Shown: positions 9,801-18,310 of the stretch, piece by piece
How positions within the stretch are numbered: the stretch's first letter is position 1
How the letters are laid out: the number at the start of each line of letters is the position of its first letter
Source of the DNA: an uncultured Chlamydiales bacterium
GTDB taxonomy: Bacteria > Chlamydiota > Chlamydiia > Chlamydiales > Rhabdochlamydiaceae
NCBI GenBank assembly: GCA_963700985.1
Contig: OY969554.1
Coordinates: 800,001 to 864,000, forward strand
Length of the DNA stretch: 64,000 bases
Direction: 5' to 3'
Position numbers and translations under genes: made by a program
Notes under the pieces: generated by a model
Database searches by the model: none
What the model was told of the DNA's origin: nothing
What the model saw: the letters and a program-made list of their open reading frames with translations, nothing else

Positions 9801-12048
9801 AATAGCTATTAGAGGTATTCGTAAGGCTAAAAGTGCCCGTTCCATCTTTTGTTAAAGTTCCACCACCCGTATCAGAGATCACGCCAGAAAATGTGGAGAC
9901 CGGATTTGTTAGGATCAATCCCTTCGCACTACCTAAAGTCACAAATCCAGAACCAGAGAGATCGACGATACTCGCTGTCGAGCTTGAAATACCGCTAATA
10001 TCAAATGTTCCAATTGCATTTACAAGAGAACTAGTTGCGATAGTTCCTGAACCGGAAAGGCTAAGTATGTTGCCACTGTTGACTGTTGTCTGGCCCGTAT
10101 AAGTATTAACTTCCGTCAAAATCAAAGGATCTGTGCCAGAGGAGATGAGTGCTCCTGCGCCAGAAATGACCGAGTTTACCGTAAAAGGTCCGCTGGTCAG
10201 ACTAAAAGTACCAGTGCCAGCTAAGGTGATAGCTCTCGTCGTTGATTCTGCGTTTGCGGTAGTTGGTGCAAGAGTGCCCCCATTAAAACTTAATGGGTTT
10301 GCCGCAGCTCCTAAGTTGCTATCTGCACTGTATGTGAGCGTTCCACCATTCATCGACGTTGTGCCTGTATACGAGTTCGTACCCGATAGTGTTAACGTTC
10401 CCGTTCCGTTCATCGTTAGACCGCCGGTAGCGGTGCTGCCGCCACCAGTGCCATTATCACTAGCGATGTTTGAGGAAAGGGTAAAGTTGCCGGCTTGACT
10501 AAAGGTAAGTTGAGAGCTCGACATCATAAAAATATCAACACCTAAGGCTACTCCATTCGAGCCTACAGTACCGTTGCCACTGAGTGCGCCGCCTGTCCCA
10601 GCAGTGAGACTGCTTCCCGTAATAGAGGTGACACCGCTTCCGACAGAAGCGCTGTCCTGTATAATCAGAGTTCCTCCGCCGGTAGATCCTCCGTAGAGAA
10701 AAATAGCTCCGCCAAGCGCGGCTCCGCCTCCGCCTCCGCTACCAGCTGTAGCACCAGCGATTACACCGCCTCCACTGCCTCCAAAACCAGCGGTGTCGAC
10801 GCCTCCCGATGCTGCTGTGCTCGTTGTCGTGCGTACAAATGCTCCCCCACCTCCTGCTCCAAAACCAGAATTGGCTCCCGCACCACCACTTGACGCATTT
10901 GAGGAGGCTCCTCCTCCTCCGCCGCCAAAGCCGCCTGCGCCTGGTGAATTTGGAGTTCCATTATTACTATTTGATGCTCCGGAGCCTCCTCCGGCAAAGC
11001 CTCCTGATCCAGCACCACCGGGACCACTACTTGTGCTTGACCCTCCGCTTCCACCACCACCAAAAAGTCCTCCGGATCCACCTCCTGCGCCACCACTAGA
11101 AGTTGAGCTGCCACCTCCTCCGCCTCCCTGGAAGCTAGCACCGCCTTGACCGCCGCCCAAAGTACCCAAAGATCCGCCGCCTCCTGCTCCTCCTGGTTTT
11201 CCTCCTGTTCCTGTGCTCGAACCTCCACCTCCTCCACCAGCGCCAGATGAGCCTCCGCCATTCCCATTAGGAGAGCCGCCTGGAATATTGCCACCACCAC
11301 CACCGCCTCCCCCAAATGATGGATTTCCACCACCGCCAGCTCCGTTACCTAACATTCCTCCGCCACCACTTCCTCCAACGCTACCATTACCTCCATTTCC
11401 AAATAAGCCACCACCAGCTCCTCCAGATGGCACGCTAGAATCTACCCCATTTCCTCCATTACCTCCCATACCAGCACCACCGCCACCTGATATGTTAGTA
11501 CCGCCAGCACCTCCCGTGCCCCCTATCGCTTGTGCATTCGCAATTGTAACGCCATTCAGGGTAACAATGGCTCCAGGTCCCACAAAAAGAGCGCCTCCAG
11601 CAGCCAAACCGCCACCACCGCCGCCGCCGCCAGTTCCCCCATTTCCTCCTTTGGCGATCATGCTTTGTAAAGTCATGTTGTTAATGGTTACATTACCTGA
11701 ATAGGCATAGAAGCCTCGAAAAGTAGATGAGCCAGTGCCGGCAGTGCTGCCATTGAAGCTTGTTCCTCCCGTTACACCATTAATAGTCAAACTATTGGCG
11801 TTGCCGATATTGAAGACGGGTAAGTTAAAGGGGGTCTGTGTTGTGCCCCAGGTTAGCGCACTAAACGGGATAGAGATGATATTTCCTGTGGGATCTGGAG
11901 TTGTATTGATTGAATTAATCGCAGCGCGCAATCCACCTGCAAGCTCGATATCGGCATTGGTTAAGGTAACAGTGGTCACTCCCCATATTGGGTTGGAAAT
12001 GGAAAGTAGGTAAAGGGACCCTAGGATGGATAAGGTTTTCTTGTTCAT
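3823..12048 (-). CDS. Giant autotransporter adhesin (Gly-rich N-terminus, passenger-associated beta-strand repeats, C-terminal beta-barrel)
   Basis: Signal peptide MNKKTLSILGSLYLL; many LTKxGxGTLTLxGxNxYxGxTxxxxGTL repeats; SPGNSIGT; barrel ends ...VEFSYRF. Start may instead be 12069. Confidence 0.93.
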   Translation of the reverse strand: MNKKTLSILGSLYLLSISNPIWGVTTVTLTNADIELAGGLRAAINSINTTPDPTGNIISIPFSALTWGTTQTPFNLPVFNIGNANSLTINGVTGGTSFNGSTAGTGSSTFRGFYAYSGNVTINNMTLQSMIAKGGNGGTGGGGGGGGLAAGGALFVGPGAIVTLNGVTIANAQAIGGTGGAGGTNISGGGGAGMGGNGGNGVDSSVPSGGAGGGLFGNGGNGSVGGSGGGGMLGNGAGGGGNPSFGGGGGGGGNIPGGSPNGNGGGSSGAGGGGGGSSTGTGGKPGGAGGGGSLGTLGGGQGGASFQGGGGGGSSTSSGGAGGGSGGLFGGGGSGGSSTSSGPGGAGSGGFAGGGSGASNSNNGTPNSPGAGGFGGGGGGASSNASSGGAGANSGFGAGGGGAFVRTTTSTAASGGVDTAGFGGSGGGVIAGATAGSGGGGGAALGGAIFLYGGSTGGGTLIIQDSASVGSGVTSITGSSLTAGTGGALSGNGTVGSNGVALGVDIFMMSSSQLTFSQAGNFTLSSNIASDNGTGGGSTATGGLTMNGTGTLTLSGTNSYTGTTSMNGGTLTYSADSNLGAAANPLSFNGGTLAPTTANAESTTRAITLAGTGTFSLTSGPFTVNSVISGAGALISSGTDPLILTEVNTYTGQTTVNSGNILSLSGSGTIATSSLVNAIGTFDISGISSSTASIVDLSGSGFVTLGSAKGLILTNPVSTFSGVISDTGGGTLTKDGTGTFSLTNTSNSYSGGTTVNAGTLSITGTSSLDPLGAVGGPLTINNGAAVNAASTTLSARPIDLGPSTGGGGVFSQSSSAITHTLSGIISDASTPGSLTQSGPGILSLTNTSFSTPNIYSGGTSITGGTLSIGADSSLGLGAVAITGGATLNAQATTSSSRNFTLGINTGGGGSFSQASSAVTHTISGLIANATTSGLLVQSGPGTLSLTNTSNTYSGGTTIGTATTTGTLSIAGDGSLGSAGAPLTIQNGSTLLTTAATTTSARNVTLGTGGGIFAQQAGGDTHTLSNPITGAGSLTQSGIGTLTLGSSANNYTGGTLVTNGTLNFLSTGNLPSGSNLTVGTGTTTNFSVYNGAPTVGDLSGAGIITLGANTLTAGTANSTTFSGVINGTGGFTKQNTGTITFSNQNGYSGTTTINGGQLSLTGAGSLNGGTAPSPVSVNSSTSVFDISTDTVSGGPTIGDLSGVANSSVTLGANNLNVQTSSTNTFAGVISGTSNTASLTVTGSGKTILTGVNTYTGGTTVNATVALSAGGALASTGAVTLNGTFDISASTGSPVIGDLTGASGSIVTLGANTLTAGTTNSTTFAGVMSGTGGFTKQNTGTISFSNVNAYTGTTTINGGELALTGAGNLNGGATPSPVSVNSSTSIFDITGSTVTDGPTIGNLSSVASSQVSLGTNTLNIQTSSTNTVAGTISGSTGAALVIGGTGETLLTGSVGSGIGATLNNSATFALSGASAVFSGPLDLNGTSAFDVSAYTGGSASITDLNGASGTFVRLGSVPLLITPTATDTYAGAISGTGGVLNIFGSNKLILTGTNSYAGGTNLNGSSTLALSVGGTLASTAPVSLSGTSTFDISGSSVVGGVVIGDLTGVSGTSVTLGTNTLTFGTATTPVTFAGNISGSGGITKQGTGTAILSGTNSFAGATINVGTLQINASTAFPSTANANISASGAKLDFSNSSSAQTIGDLSGVSGSLLTMGANALTFGTATATTTFAGNISSTATGGITKQGSGIAIFSGTNTFTGANISAGTLQINASTAFPSTASANISASGATLDFSNSSSAQTIGDLSGVSGALLTMGANALTFGTATTSTTFAGNLTSTAGITKQGSGIAIFSGTNTFTGANINAGTLQINSSTAFPSTGSVNITASGAKLDLTNAGAPQTIGDLSGVSGGLLVLGPTDLTVGTSDSTTFSGVISSTGGSLTMQGTGTLTLGGSNTYTGGTSINAGVISISADNNLGLTANPLTLAGGTLQVATNPVTTGRTITLTSASTIDVESDFTVSTAITGSGGLTLIGPNTLTLEAANNYGSTTINSGTLALSGNGNLISSDITADTGSGTLDISASTVIGGPSIGNLNGVNGSAVVLGNNILNIDASGFGTFSGNITGGSGGLTVTDAGSLNLVGGTNTYSGPTTNSSTLTVDTSSLPSTSLVSNTNVLNFTQHSSGTYTGTITGSGTLNIQSGGGLNPASLTLALPGSVTQAQTNVQSTLLVNNTLTSPVSVVGGFGRTGTLGGTGTIVGDVTIGNGGVMSPGNSIGTINIDGNYTQGSGSTLLIEVSPTASDEIIISGTATIENNTTIEITPTPGSYPKNVSFTIIDTLGGLTGTFTNVVDTFPTFKATLIYTPDDLLFGSVTKVDLAELGFTGNPQAVAVALDEINPAAGTDLGNIEAELRFLPLLEIKAALNQMQPSIFKGLALAQENITTRVREAISHRMDEFYLADCIKYCSPEDKVDLWATGIGDYSAEDGIQGQSGFHTRSGGAVLGMDFGCFSNFFFGTALSYTHTDVRWSVSRAHGDIDSYYGGAYGGYFNDYFYVNTAVLGAYNSYEASRKLVSPIFDRTARNTHDGFEVDADLGAGFLFNLGGIEIRPFDQVDYIYLHENSFTEKGAQSLDLHVGSKESKMLRNELGLGFARCFTRKTWKFVPDVKFSWVREIRFQGKHYTAEFVGTDVPFTVSGMKPNRSLFSPGAALTGYHMDDKLIWSLFYDGEFGKHFTDHNAGVEFSYRF
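6290..7215 (-). repeat. Three near-identical ~300 bp intragenic tandem repeats
   Basis: GGGAAAGCCGTGCT recurs at about 6425, 6722 and 7025; unit GITKQGSGIAIFSGTNTFTGANI.AGTLQINASTAFPST. Confidence 0.85.
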
Positions 12049-12346
12049 AAAGGCCAAATTCCTTTGCATATTAAAAAATGCAGTAGAAACTATTAGGATT
12101 TTATTATCAAAAAAAAATGCACCATCAAGCGATGTTTTTTTCCAGATGAGCGATTACGCTATGCAAAGAATACAATCAGATATACTTGGCAAACATGTTT
12201 GGCAGCTCTATTTGGAGTTACTATGACTTTCAGAAATTGAATTAGACCTCCCTCCTAACACTCATTGGCGTATTGAACTTACATTCTCATTTTCGATAGC
12301 AGCTTCACCAATGGCACTTTTAAAACACTACGGATTTGCCCATAAA

Positions 12347-12571
12347 ACTGCGATGGAACGCGGAAGGGGTCCCCAGCGAAGCGTTGGGGGAAGAGCGCCA
12401 ATTGCAGCCCACGACTGCTTCAGGCAAAGAGCAATTGCACCGCAGGAGCGAGGCAGTGCTTTGTCACGACGCAGCGACGAGGACGCGATAATGAGCGAAG
12501 CGAATGTTGATCGAAGCATGAACAGCTCAAGTGGGGTCGCGGGGGACTTTAGTCACCCGACATGTCTATAG
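12347..12571 (-). repeat. Structured repeat R3
   Basis: Inverted copy of R1 and direct copy of R2; ends AGTCACCCGACATGTCTATAG. Confidence 0.9.
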
Positions 12572-12600
12572 ACGAAAACAAAAAGAAAGAATGGCGAAAT

Positions 12601-12636
12601 AAAAAAGAGAGGGTGTTTTTTAACACCCTCTCTTTT
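12601..12636 (-). terminator. ftsH terminator (bidirectional type)
   Basis: AAAAGAGAGGGTGTT-TTTT-AACACCCTCTCTTTT. Confidence 0.85.
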
Positions 12637-12657
12637 GTGTGTGTAGACTCTCAGCGC

Positions 12658-15402
12658 TTAGATTTGCTGGAGAGTAGGATTGTCCGAAGAGGGCTGAATG
12701 CCGCCGCGGGTTGGAGCAGGTGGAGGAGGAGGAACTTTGCGTTGCAAGTCTTCTGTTGCTTTAACGCGTTTTTTCTTCTTCTCTGCATCCCACTTCTCAT
12801 TCATGATCTCAAGCACGTCCTCGCGATCTAAAGTTTCAAACTCGATGAGCATATCTGTCATGAGCTGCACTTTATCGCGGTTGGCATTTACAATTTCGAC
12901 GGCTTTAGCGTGCGCTTCATCCAATAGCTTCTTGACTTCTTCATCGATGAACTTAGCTGTCGATTCAGAATAGTTTTTATCGTGATAAGAAGGCGCACCA
13001 AGGTATTGCCCATTTTCAGAGCGTTCGTCATAAGCCACTGTTCCAAGAACATCGCTCATACCCCATTCGCAGACCATGCTGCGCACAAGGCGCGTAGCTT
13101 GCGAAATATCCATCTGAGCACCAGAAGAAATATCACCTACAAAGATCTCTTCAGCCACACGACCGCCCATAAGAACAGCGAGCTGATCTAAGATCTCTTT
13201 GCGCCAGTAGCTAAGGCGATTCTTTTTCGGCATAAAATGTGTAGCCCCTAAGGACATTCCACGTGGGATAATAGTTACTTTGTCTACAGGGTCAGCGTGT
13301 TTAACCACGAGTGCCACCACCGCGTGACCAGACTCATGGAAAGCTGTGGTCTTGAGCTCGTTTACATCGATCTCAAGGCTACGGCGCTCTTTACCATAAC
13401 GCACTTTATCGCACGCTTCGGCTGCATCTTGGGCAGTTACAGCACTTCGGCCGCGTCTTGCTGCTAAAAGAGCTGCTTCGTTTAAAATATTGGCTAGATC
13501 GGCACCGGAAGAACCTGGTGTGTTTCTAGCGATATACATGAGGTCGACTGAAGGATCTAATTTGATTTTTTTAGCGTGGACTTTCAGAATCTCATAGCGC
13601 CCTTTAATATCTGGAAGATCGAGCACTACACGTCGATCAAAACGACCTGGACGAAGCAGCGCTTTGTCCAACACGTCCGGACGGTTTGTAGCGGCAATCA
13701 GAATAATGCCTTCGGTCGTGTCAAAGCCATCCATCTCAACGAGTAGTTGGTTCAATGTCTGCTCACGCTCATCATGACCGCCGCCAATGCCAGCGCCACG
13801 ATGACGACCCACCGCATCGATCTCATCCATGAAGATGATGCAAGGCGCATTCTTTTTAGCCTCTGAGAAAAGATCACGTACGCGGCTTGCGCCCACACCC
13901 ACGAACATCTCTACGAAATCCGAACCGGAGATCGAGAAGAATGGACGATCAGCCTCACCTGCTACAGCTTTGGCGATTAAGGTTTTACCAGTTCCGGGAG
14001 CTCCGATGCACAACACGCCTTTTGGGATACGTGCACCTAGCGCGGTAAATTTAGAAGGATCTTTTAAGAAGTCGACGATCTCTTGAAGCTCTTCTTTGGC
14101 TTCATCACAACCTGCTACATCTTTAAAGGTGATCTTGTTGCGTTCTTTGGTCAACAGGCGTGCAGGTGACTTACCAAAAGTCATCGCACCTGAACCCGCA
14201 CCCTTCATCTGGCGTGAGAATCCAAAGTAGATCAGCAGCACAATCACAAGCAGCGGCAGAATCGGTAATAGATAGCCGAGGTAGTTAGGAGCGGGCTCTT
14301 CGCTTTTAAATGTTCTTTCCAGAACCGTATTGCGTGGTTGATCAGGAGCTTTAAATACTGCGCCTTTATTCGTGTTGAAATTTTCCCACTCTTGTTTAGC
14401 TTGCAAGAACCAGTGATTATATAGTTCTGGATCTTGTTTTTCTAAAGCACGTGTAGACAATTCTTGGTTATTGAAGAACCAGATTACGCTAGAAACTTGC
14501 TGTCTGGCTTTTTCGAGTTGTGCATCGTTTTTCTCAAGTTCATCAGCAACTTGAGCGTAGCTTTCGATTTCCGTCTTATAATTGCGCACACTGCGTAAGT
14601 CATTTAAGCGAATCCCTTGATCTTCTTGATCGAGGTCAGTGACAACCTTAGATAAAGAGCCAAGAGCTGTGCCATAAGCCGCAAGCGCTGTTTTCTGCTG
14701 GCTTGAATCTGTAATTGAAGCGGAAACCTTTTGCTCTAAGTCACGTAAGTTTTGTTTGATCGTCTCACTGCCAATTCCCAGGTTTGGTGAACGGAAGCCT
14801 TGAATTAGAATTAAAAGGTCTTTGCCAAAGGCATTCAGCTCAGCTGGGCTGCTTGAAGCAGATAGAGCAGCATAACGCTTCTCGAGATCTTTAAGGTTAA
14901 CGACATTTCGATCTGATAAAGATTTGATTACAACCGAGTTTGCGTTATCTGTTGTGTCATAGATAGGATCTACAACTTTATACCCAGTTTTGGGAATTGC
15001 GATTCCACTGAGGTGAAGGAACCAGTCGGCAGCATCTTTAACATTTTGACGTAAAGAGTTTATGCCTTGCTCTAAGCTCGTCTTTTTCTCAGTAAATTCA
15101 TGATTTTGATAGAGCAGATCTAAATAACGAAAGCGCGCTTTAGCTTCGTCTGAAAGTCTGTCTTTAAATTTACCGCTAAAAGTGACGAGGTTATCGTTGA
15201 GGGCAGTCTTACGGCTATCTTCTTTCTGGAGTAGATCCAAGTTGACGAGATGTTCAGTCTGGTGACTGAATGCAACCTTGGCTGTTTTCTCAGAAGAGAG
15301 ATTTTGAATTGAGAAAACAGCTAAGACGGTCGCAACTAAGATGATGAAAAAGCCTCCTGGGAGACCTTTCTTGGAATCTGGTTTTTTATTATCGTTAGCC
15401 AT
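12658..15402 (-). CDS. ftsH: ATP-dependent zinc metalloprotease FtsH (long chlamydial type)
   Basis: Walker [27 protein letters not shown] zinc motif; two TM segments flank a long extracytoplasmic region. Confidence 0.98.
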   Translation of the reverse strand: MANDNKKPDSKKGLPGGFFIILVATVLAVFSIQNLSSEKTAKVAFSHQTEHLVNLDLLQKEDSRKTALNDNLVTFSGKFKDRLSDEAKARFRYLDLLYQNHEFTEKKTSLEQGINSLRQNVKDAADWFLHLSGIAIPKTGYKVVDPIYDTTDNANSVVIKSLSDRNVVNLKDLEKRYAALSASSSPAELNAFGKDLLILIQGFRSPNLGIGSETIKQNLRDLEQKVSASITDSSQQKTALAAYGTALGSLSKVVTDLDQEDQGIRLNDLRSVRNYKTEIESYAQVADELEKNDAQLEKARQQVSSVIWFFNNQELSTRALEKQDPELYNHWFLQAKQEWENFNTNKGAVFKAPDQPRNTVLERTFKSEEPAPNYLGYLLPILPLLVIVLLIYFGFSRQMKGAGSGAMTFGKSPARLLTKERNKITFKDVAGCDEAKEELQEIVDFLKDPSKFTALGARIPKGVLCIGAPGTGKTLIAKAVAGEADRPFFSISGSDFVEMFVGVGASRVRDLFSEAKKNAPCIIFMDEIDAVGRHRGAGIGGGHDEREQTLNQLLVEMDGFDTTEGIILIAATNRPDVLDKALLRPGRFDRRVVLDLPDIKGRYEILKVHAKKIKLDPSVDLMYIARNTPGSSGADLANILNEAALLAARRGRSAVTAQDAAEACDKVRYGKERRSLEIDVNELKTTAFHESGHAVVALVVKHADPVDKVTIIPRGMSLGATHFMPKKNRLSYWRKEILDQLAVLMGGRVAEEIFVGDISSGAQMDISQATRLVRSMVCEWGMSDVLGTVAYDERSENGQYLGAPSYHDKNYSESTAKFIDEEVKKLLDEAHAKAVEIVNANRDKVQLMTDMLIEFETLDREDVLEIMNEKWDAEKKKKRVKATEDLQRKVPPPPPAPTRGGIQPSSDNPTLQQI

Positions 15403-15644
15403 GATGATTTTCTATAATTGTAAGTTTGATGCCCTCTATCCTACCATAGGAAAAAAGAGGTTTCGCGGGACGAGTTCACAAGCAAATCACTTCTCAACCA
15501 TTTACGTAAAGATAAATTCTAAACCTTTAAAACAGTAATCGATTGAGAAAGAGTAGTTTGTTCTCTTGAACCTATCTAAATAGTAAGATAGATTCTTAAT
15601 CCCCTCCATTCGTAATAGTAGCATGTTTGTTTTTTCCGTGCATG

Positions 15645-16964
15645 CTAATTATTTATTAGTTTAAATTTTAAACATATTCGATATAAAGAATTACAAGAGG
15701 AAAAACTAATTTTCTTTCCTGTTAAAAATTCGTGCACAACTTTTCCATTTATTCCAATAACTGGGATCAAAGGGCGCAAAAAGGCCGGAACATAATGCTC
15801 TTGCCACCAGTCTTTGATGGGTGATCCACCTGGAAAAAGGTGTGTAGTCTCTGGAGAAATTAACTCGTAGTCCCCCTGAGGCAATACAACCTCGGCCTTC
15901 CCCTGCCAAATATCTCGCCAAGTAGAAGCAGATGCAAGAATTGAACTCGTTGGCTCAAATGTATATTCCCAATTTGTCCATGAATGACCCTCAGAGGGAA
16001 TAAATAAAATGCCGCGATCGACTATTATTTTTTTATTTTTAGGCCCATTAGATATAAAAATCCGGTTAGCGGCGCCGGCTTCCAAATGAGTGAGTAGTGC
16101 ATCGTAACTCTCATGGGAGAGTAGAATCCCTTCTTGGTTAAGGTATTTTTTAACAAGCGCATCTTTTTTCAGGGATGAGAGGGTTTCGGGAATTTCTAAA
16201 TAAGACCCCAGAACGCCTCGTTGGATATTTTTTAACCAGAGATCCGCTTCACTTTCAATCTCGGCCGCCAGCTCGCCTAATGTATTTCCGAGCCGAATTA
16301 AGTTAGCCGAGATCTCCTTGCCAAAACTTTCAGTCAATTGAGGAATAATCTGGATGCGCATCCGGGCCCTAAGAAAGCGCGGGTCATAGTTTGTTTTATC
16401 ATCGATGGCCAAATGCCCCTTCAAACGCCCTTTATCATTCAGCCAAGTTTGCAGCTCCTCTTTGCGCGCAGAAAGAAGCGGCCTCCAGATCTGCATCCCG
16501 TCTAATTGTCCGACTTCTTTCATCCCATGCAAAGAGAGCAGATGCGAACCTTCTAACACCTTTTTCAAAATTGTCTCGGCTAGGTCATCTGCCTGATGGG
16601 CGAGCAAAAGCGCTTGAGCATCGATCTTCGTGTAGATTTCAGAAAAAAATTTTAAACGCTCTTCTCTCCCTTTTGCCTCTAAATTACTAACGCTTTTATC
16701 CTCAAGCCGATGTAAGTGGAAAGGTAGCTTTTGCTTTTCAGCATATTGAGCTAGAAGCTCCGCTTCTTGCGCGCTCTCCGGGCGCCAGCCATGGTCGATG
16801 TGGGCAAGGTGTAGGTTGAGTGAAAGATCGGGAGCGCACTCCAGCAGAAGATGCAACAGAGCTAGAGAATCCGGCCCTCCAGAAAAACCTAATAGTAAAG
16901 GTCTGCCGGGCGTTAAACGCTGTCCCAGAAATTTTTTCACTAAGCTTATGAGAGAATCATGCAT
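15645..16964 (-). CDS. tilS: tRNA(Ile)-lysidine synthetase
   Basis: SGGPDS PP-loop, HIDHGWR, AHQADD, RPLL; start trimmed to ATG 16964 because the longer ORF runs into a palindromic element. Confidence 0.95.
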   Translation of the reverse strand: MHDSLISLVKKFLGQRLTPGRPLLLGFSGGPDSLALLHLLLECAPDLSLNLHLAHIDHGWRPESAQEAELLAQYAEKQKLPFHLHRLEDKSVSNLEAKGREERLKFFSEIYTKIDAQALLLAHQADDLAETILKKVLEGSHLLSLHGMKEVGQLDGMQIWRPLLSARKEELQTWLNDKGRLKGHLAIDDKTNYDPRFLRARMRIQIIPQLTESFGKEISANLIRLGNTLGELAAEIESEADLWLKNIQRGVLGSYLEIPETLSSLKKDALVKKYLNQEGILLSHESYDALLTHLEAGAANRIFISNGPKNKKIIVDRGILFIPSEGHSWTNWEYTFEPTSSILASASTWRDIWQGKAEVVLPQGDYELISPETTHLFPGGSPIKDWWQEHYVPAFLRPLIPVIGINGKVVHEFLTGKKISFSSCNSLYRICLKFKLINN

Positions 16965-16982
16965 AGGGACAATATAACATAA

Positions 16983-17161
16983 GAACCTATCTAGATATTC
17001 CAATTTTTGATGTTTTTAGAGATTTTTGAGCAGATTTTTAACCCGCGATTAGCAGGCAGGCGTCTTTTTGAGGACAATGTGGAAGCACATGGCCGAAAAA
17101 AGACGTTAGAAAGATGCCAAAAAGATCAAAAACAGGAAAATTCGAATATCCGGATAGGTTC
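16983..17161. mobile_element. MITE-like palindromic element in the tilS/lptF divergent intergenic region
   Basis: TIRs GAACCTATCTAGATATTC and GAACCTATCCGGATATTC (16/18); core GAGGACAATGT..ACATGGCCGA shared with the 28457 element. Confidence 0.75.
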
Positions 17162-17206
17162 AAATCATCTACAATGCTGAGCAAAAAGTTCAATGGTGAA
17201 CGTGCG

Positions 17207-18310
17207 ATGCCTATCCTATGGCGCTACCTACTTAAAAGTTATTTTCAGGTCTTTGGTCTCTGCGTCAGCAGCTTTATCGCTGTTCTCTTAGTCACACGTT
17301 TTCAAGAGATTGCGCGCTTTGCGACCTCGGGCAGCGGACTTGGGCCCGTGCTGCTTTTTACGCTCTATCAAATCCCTTATGTATTACCTATCTCCATACC
17401 CATCTCCTGCCTCATTGCATCTATGCTTCTCTATCAGAGACTCAGCCATACACATGAGCTGACCGCCTTGCGCAGCACAGGATTTGGTCTCTATCCCTTG
17501 ATCACGCCCTTAATTCTGGCTGGCTCTCTTTTGAGCATCTTAAATTTTTCAGTCGCATCCGAAATCGCCCCTCGCTGCCGAATCCTCTCACGCGAGCTAA
17601 TCTCTCAGGTCACTGCGAAAAACCCGCTCTTTCTCTTGCAAAAAGAAACACTGGTAAGACTCAAAGACACCTACATCGACATGAAAACATTAAAGTCGGG
17701 CAGACGTGCTGAAGATGTGATCTTTGTTTTGAATAACGCCTCTTCCAAACGCCTAGGTTTAATGGTCGCTCAAGAGCTCTTTTTGGAAAATGAGATGCTC
17801 ACGGGAAAGAATGTGACCATTATCTCTTCTGTCGACCCTAAAAGCCCAGAGCGCTTCGATCATTTGGTGATTGAAAACCAGAAAACGATGAGCACCAAGG
17901 CTTCAAATTTAGCCCAATTTGTGCAGAACTATGAATGGTATTCTAACCTCGACTATTATCCTCTGCGAATGATCTTGGCAAAAGAGAAGGTCGATAAGGG
18001 ACAGATCGGCTTCCTACCCGCTCCTCGTGCACGTATGGAAATCGCCCGACGTATTTCTTTGGGATTTGCAGCTTTTACGTTTACGTTTATCGGAGTGGCT
18101 TTTGGAATGGAGATTGGACGCCGTCAATCCAAAAAAGGCCTAATGTGGGCCATCGGACTGGCATCGCTCTTTATGATCTCTTTTATCGCAGCCAAATCTT
18201 TCCGAGACTCCCCTGGCTTGGCCTGCTTAATCTACCTCATCCCTCATCCGCTAATTGTTCTCATCTCGCTGAGGTCTTTAAAAAGAGTTTCTGAGGGCAG
18301 AGAATCATGA
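17207..18310 (+). CDS. lptF: LPS export ABC transporter permease, LptF type (YjgP/YjgQ family)
   Basis: MPILWRYLLK start; RLSHTHELTALRSTG motif; paired with the downstream paralogue. Confidence 0.85.
   Translation: MPILWRYLLKSYFQVFGLCVSSFIAVLLVTRFQEIARFATSGSGLGPVLLFTLYQIPYVLPISIPISCLIASMLLYQRLSHTHELTALRSTGFGLYPLITPLILAGSLLSILNFSVASEIAPRCRILSRELISQVTAKNPLFLLQKETLVRLKDTYIDMKTLKSGRRAEDVIFVLNNASSKRLGLMVAQELFLENEMLTGKNVTIISSVDPKSPERFDHLVIENQKTMSTKASNLAQFVQNYEWYSNLDYYPLRMILAKEKVDKGQIGFLPAPRARMEIARRISLGFAAFTFTFIGVAFGMEIGRRQSKKGLMWAIGLASLFMISFIAAKSFRDSPGLACLIYLIPHPLIVLISLRSLKRVSEGRES

Noticed and set aside
5231-12013. Many plus-strand Pro/Val-rich ORFs
   Set aside because: Antisense shadows of the Gly/Thr-rich autotransporter
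12109-12117. A9 tract upstream of the autotransporter as a phase-variation switch
   Set aside because: A/T runs of this length are common in intergenic DNA here; no supporting evidence
12658-15402. Unusually long FtsH (914 aa)
   Set aside because: A long N-terminal region is normal for chlamydial FtsH
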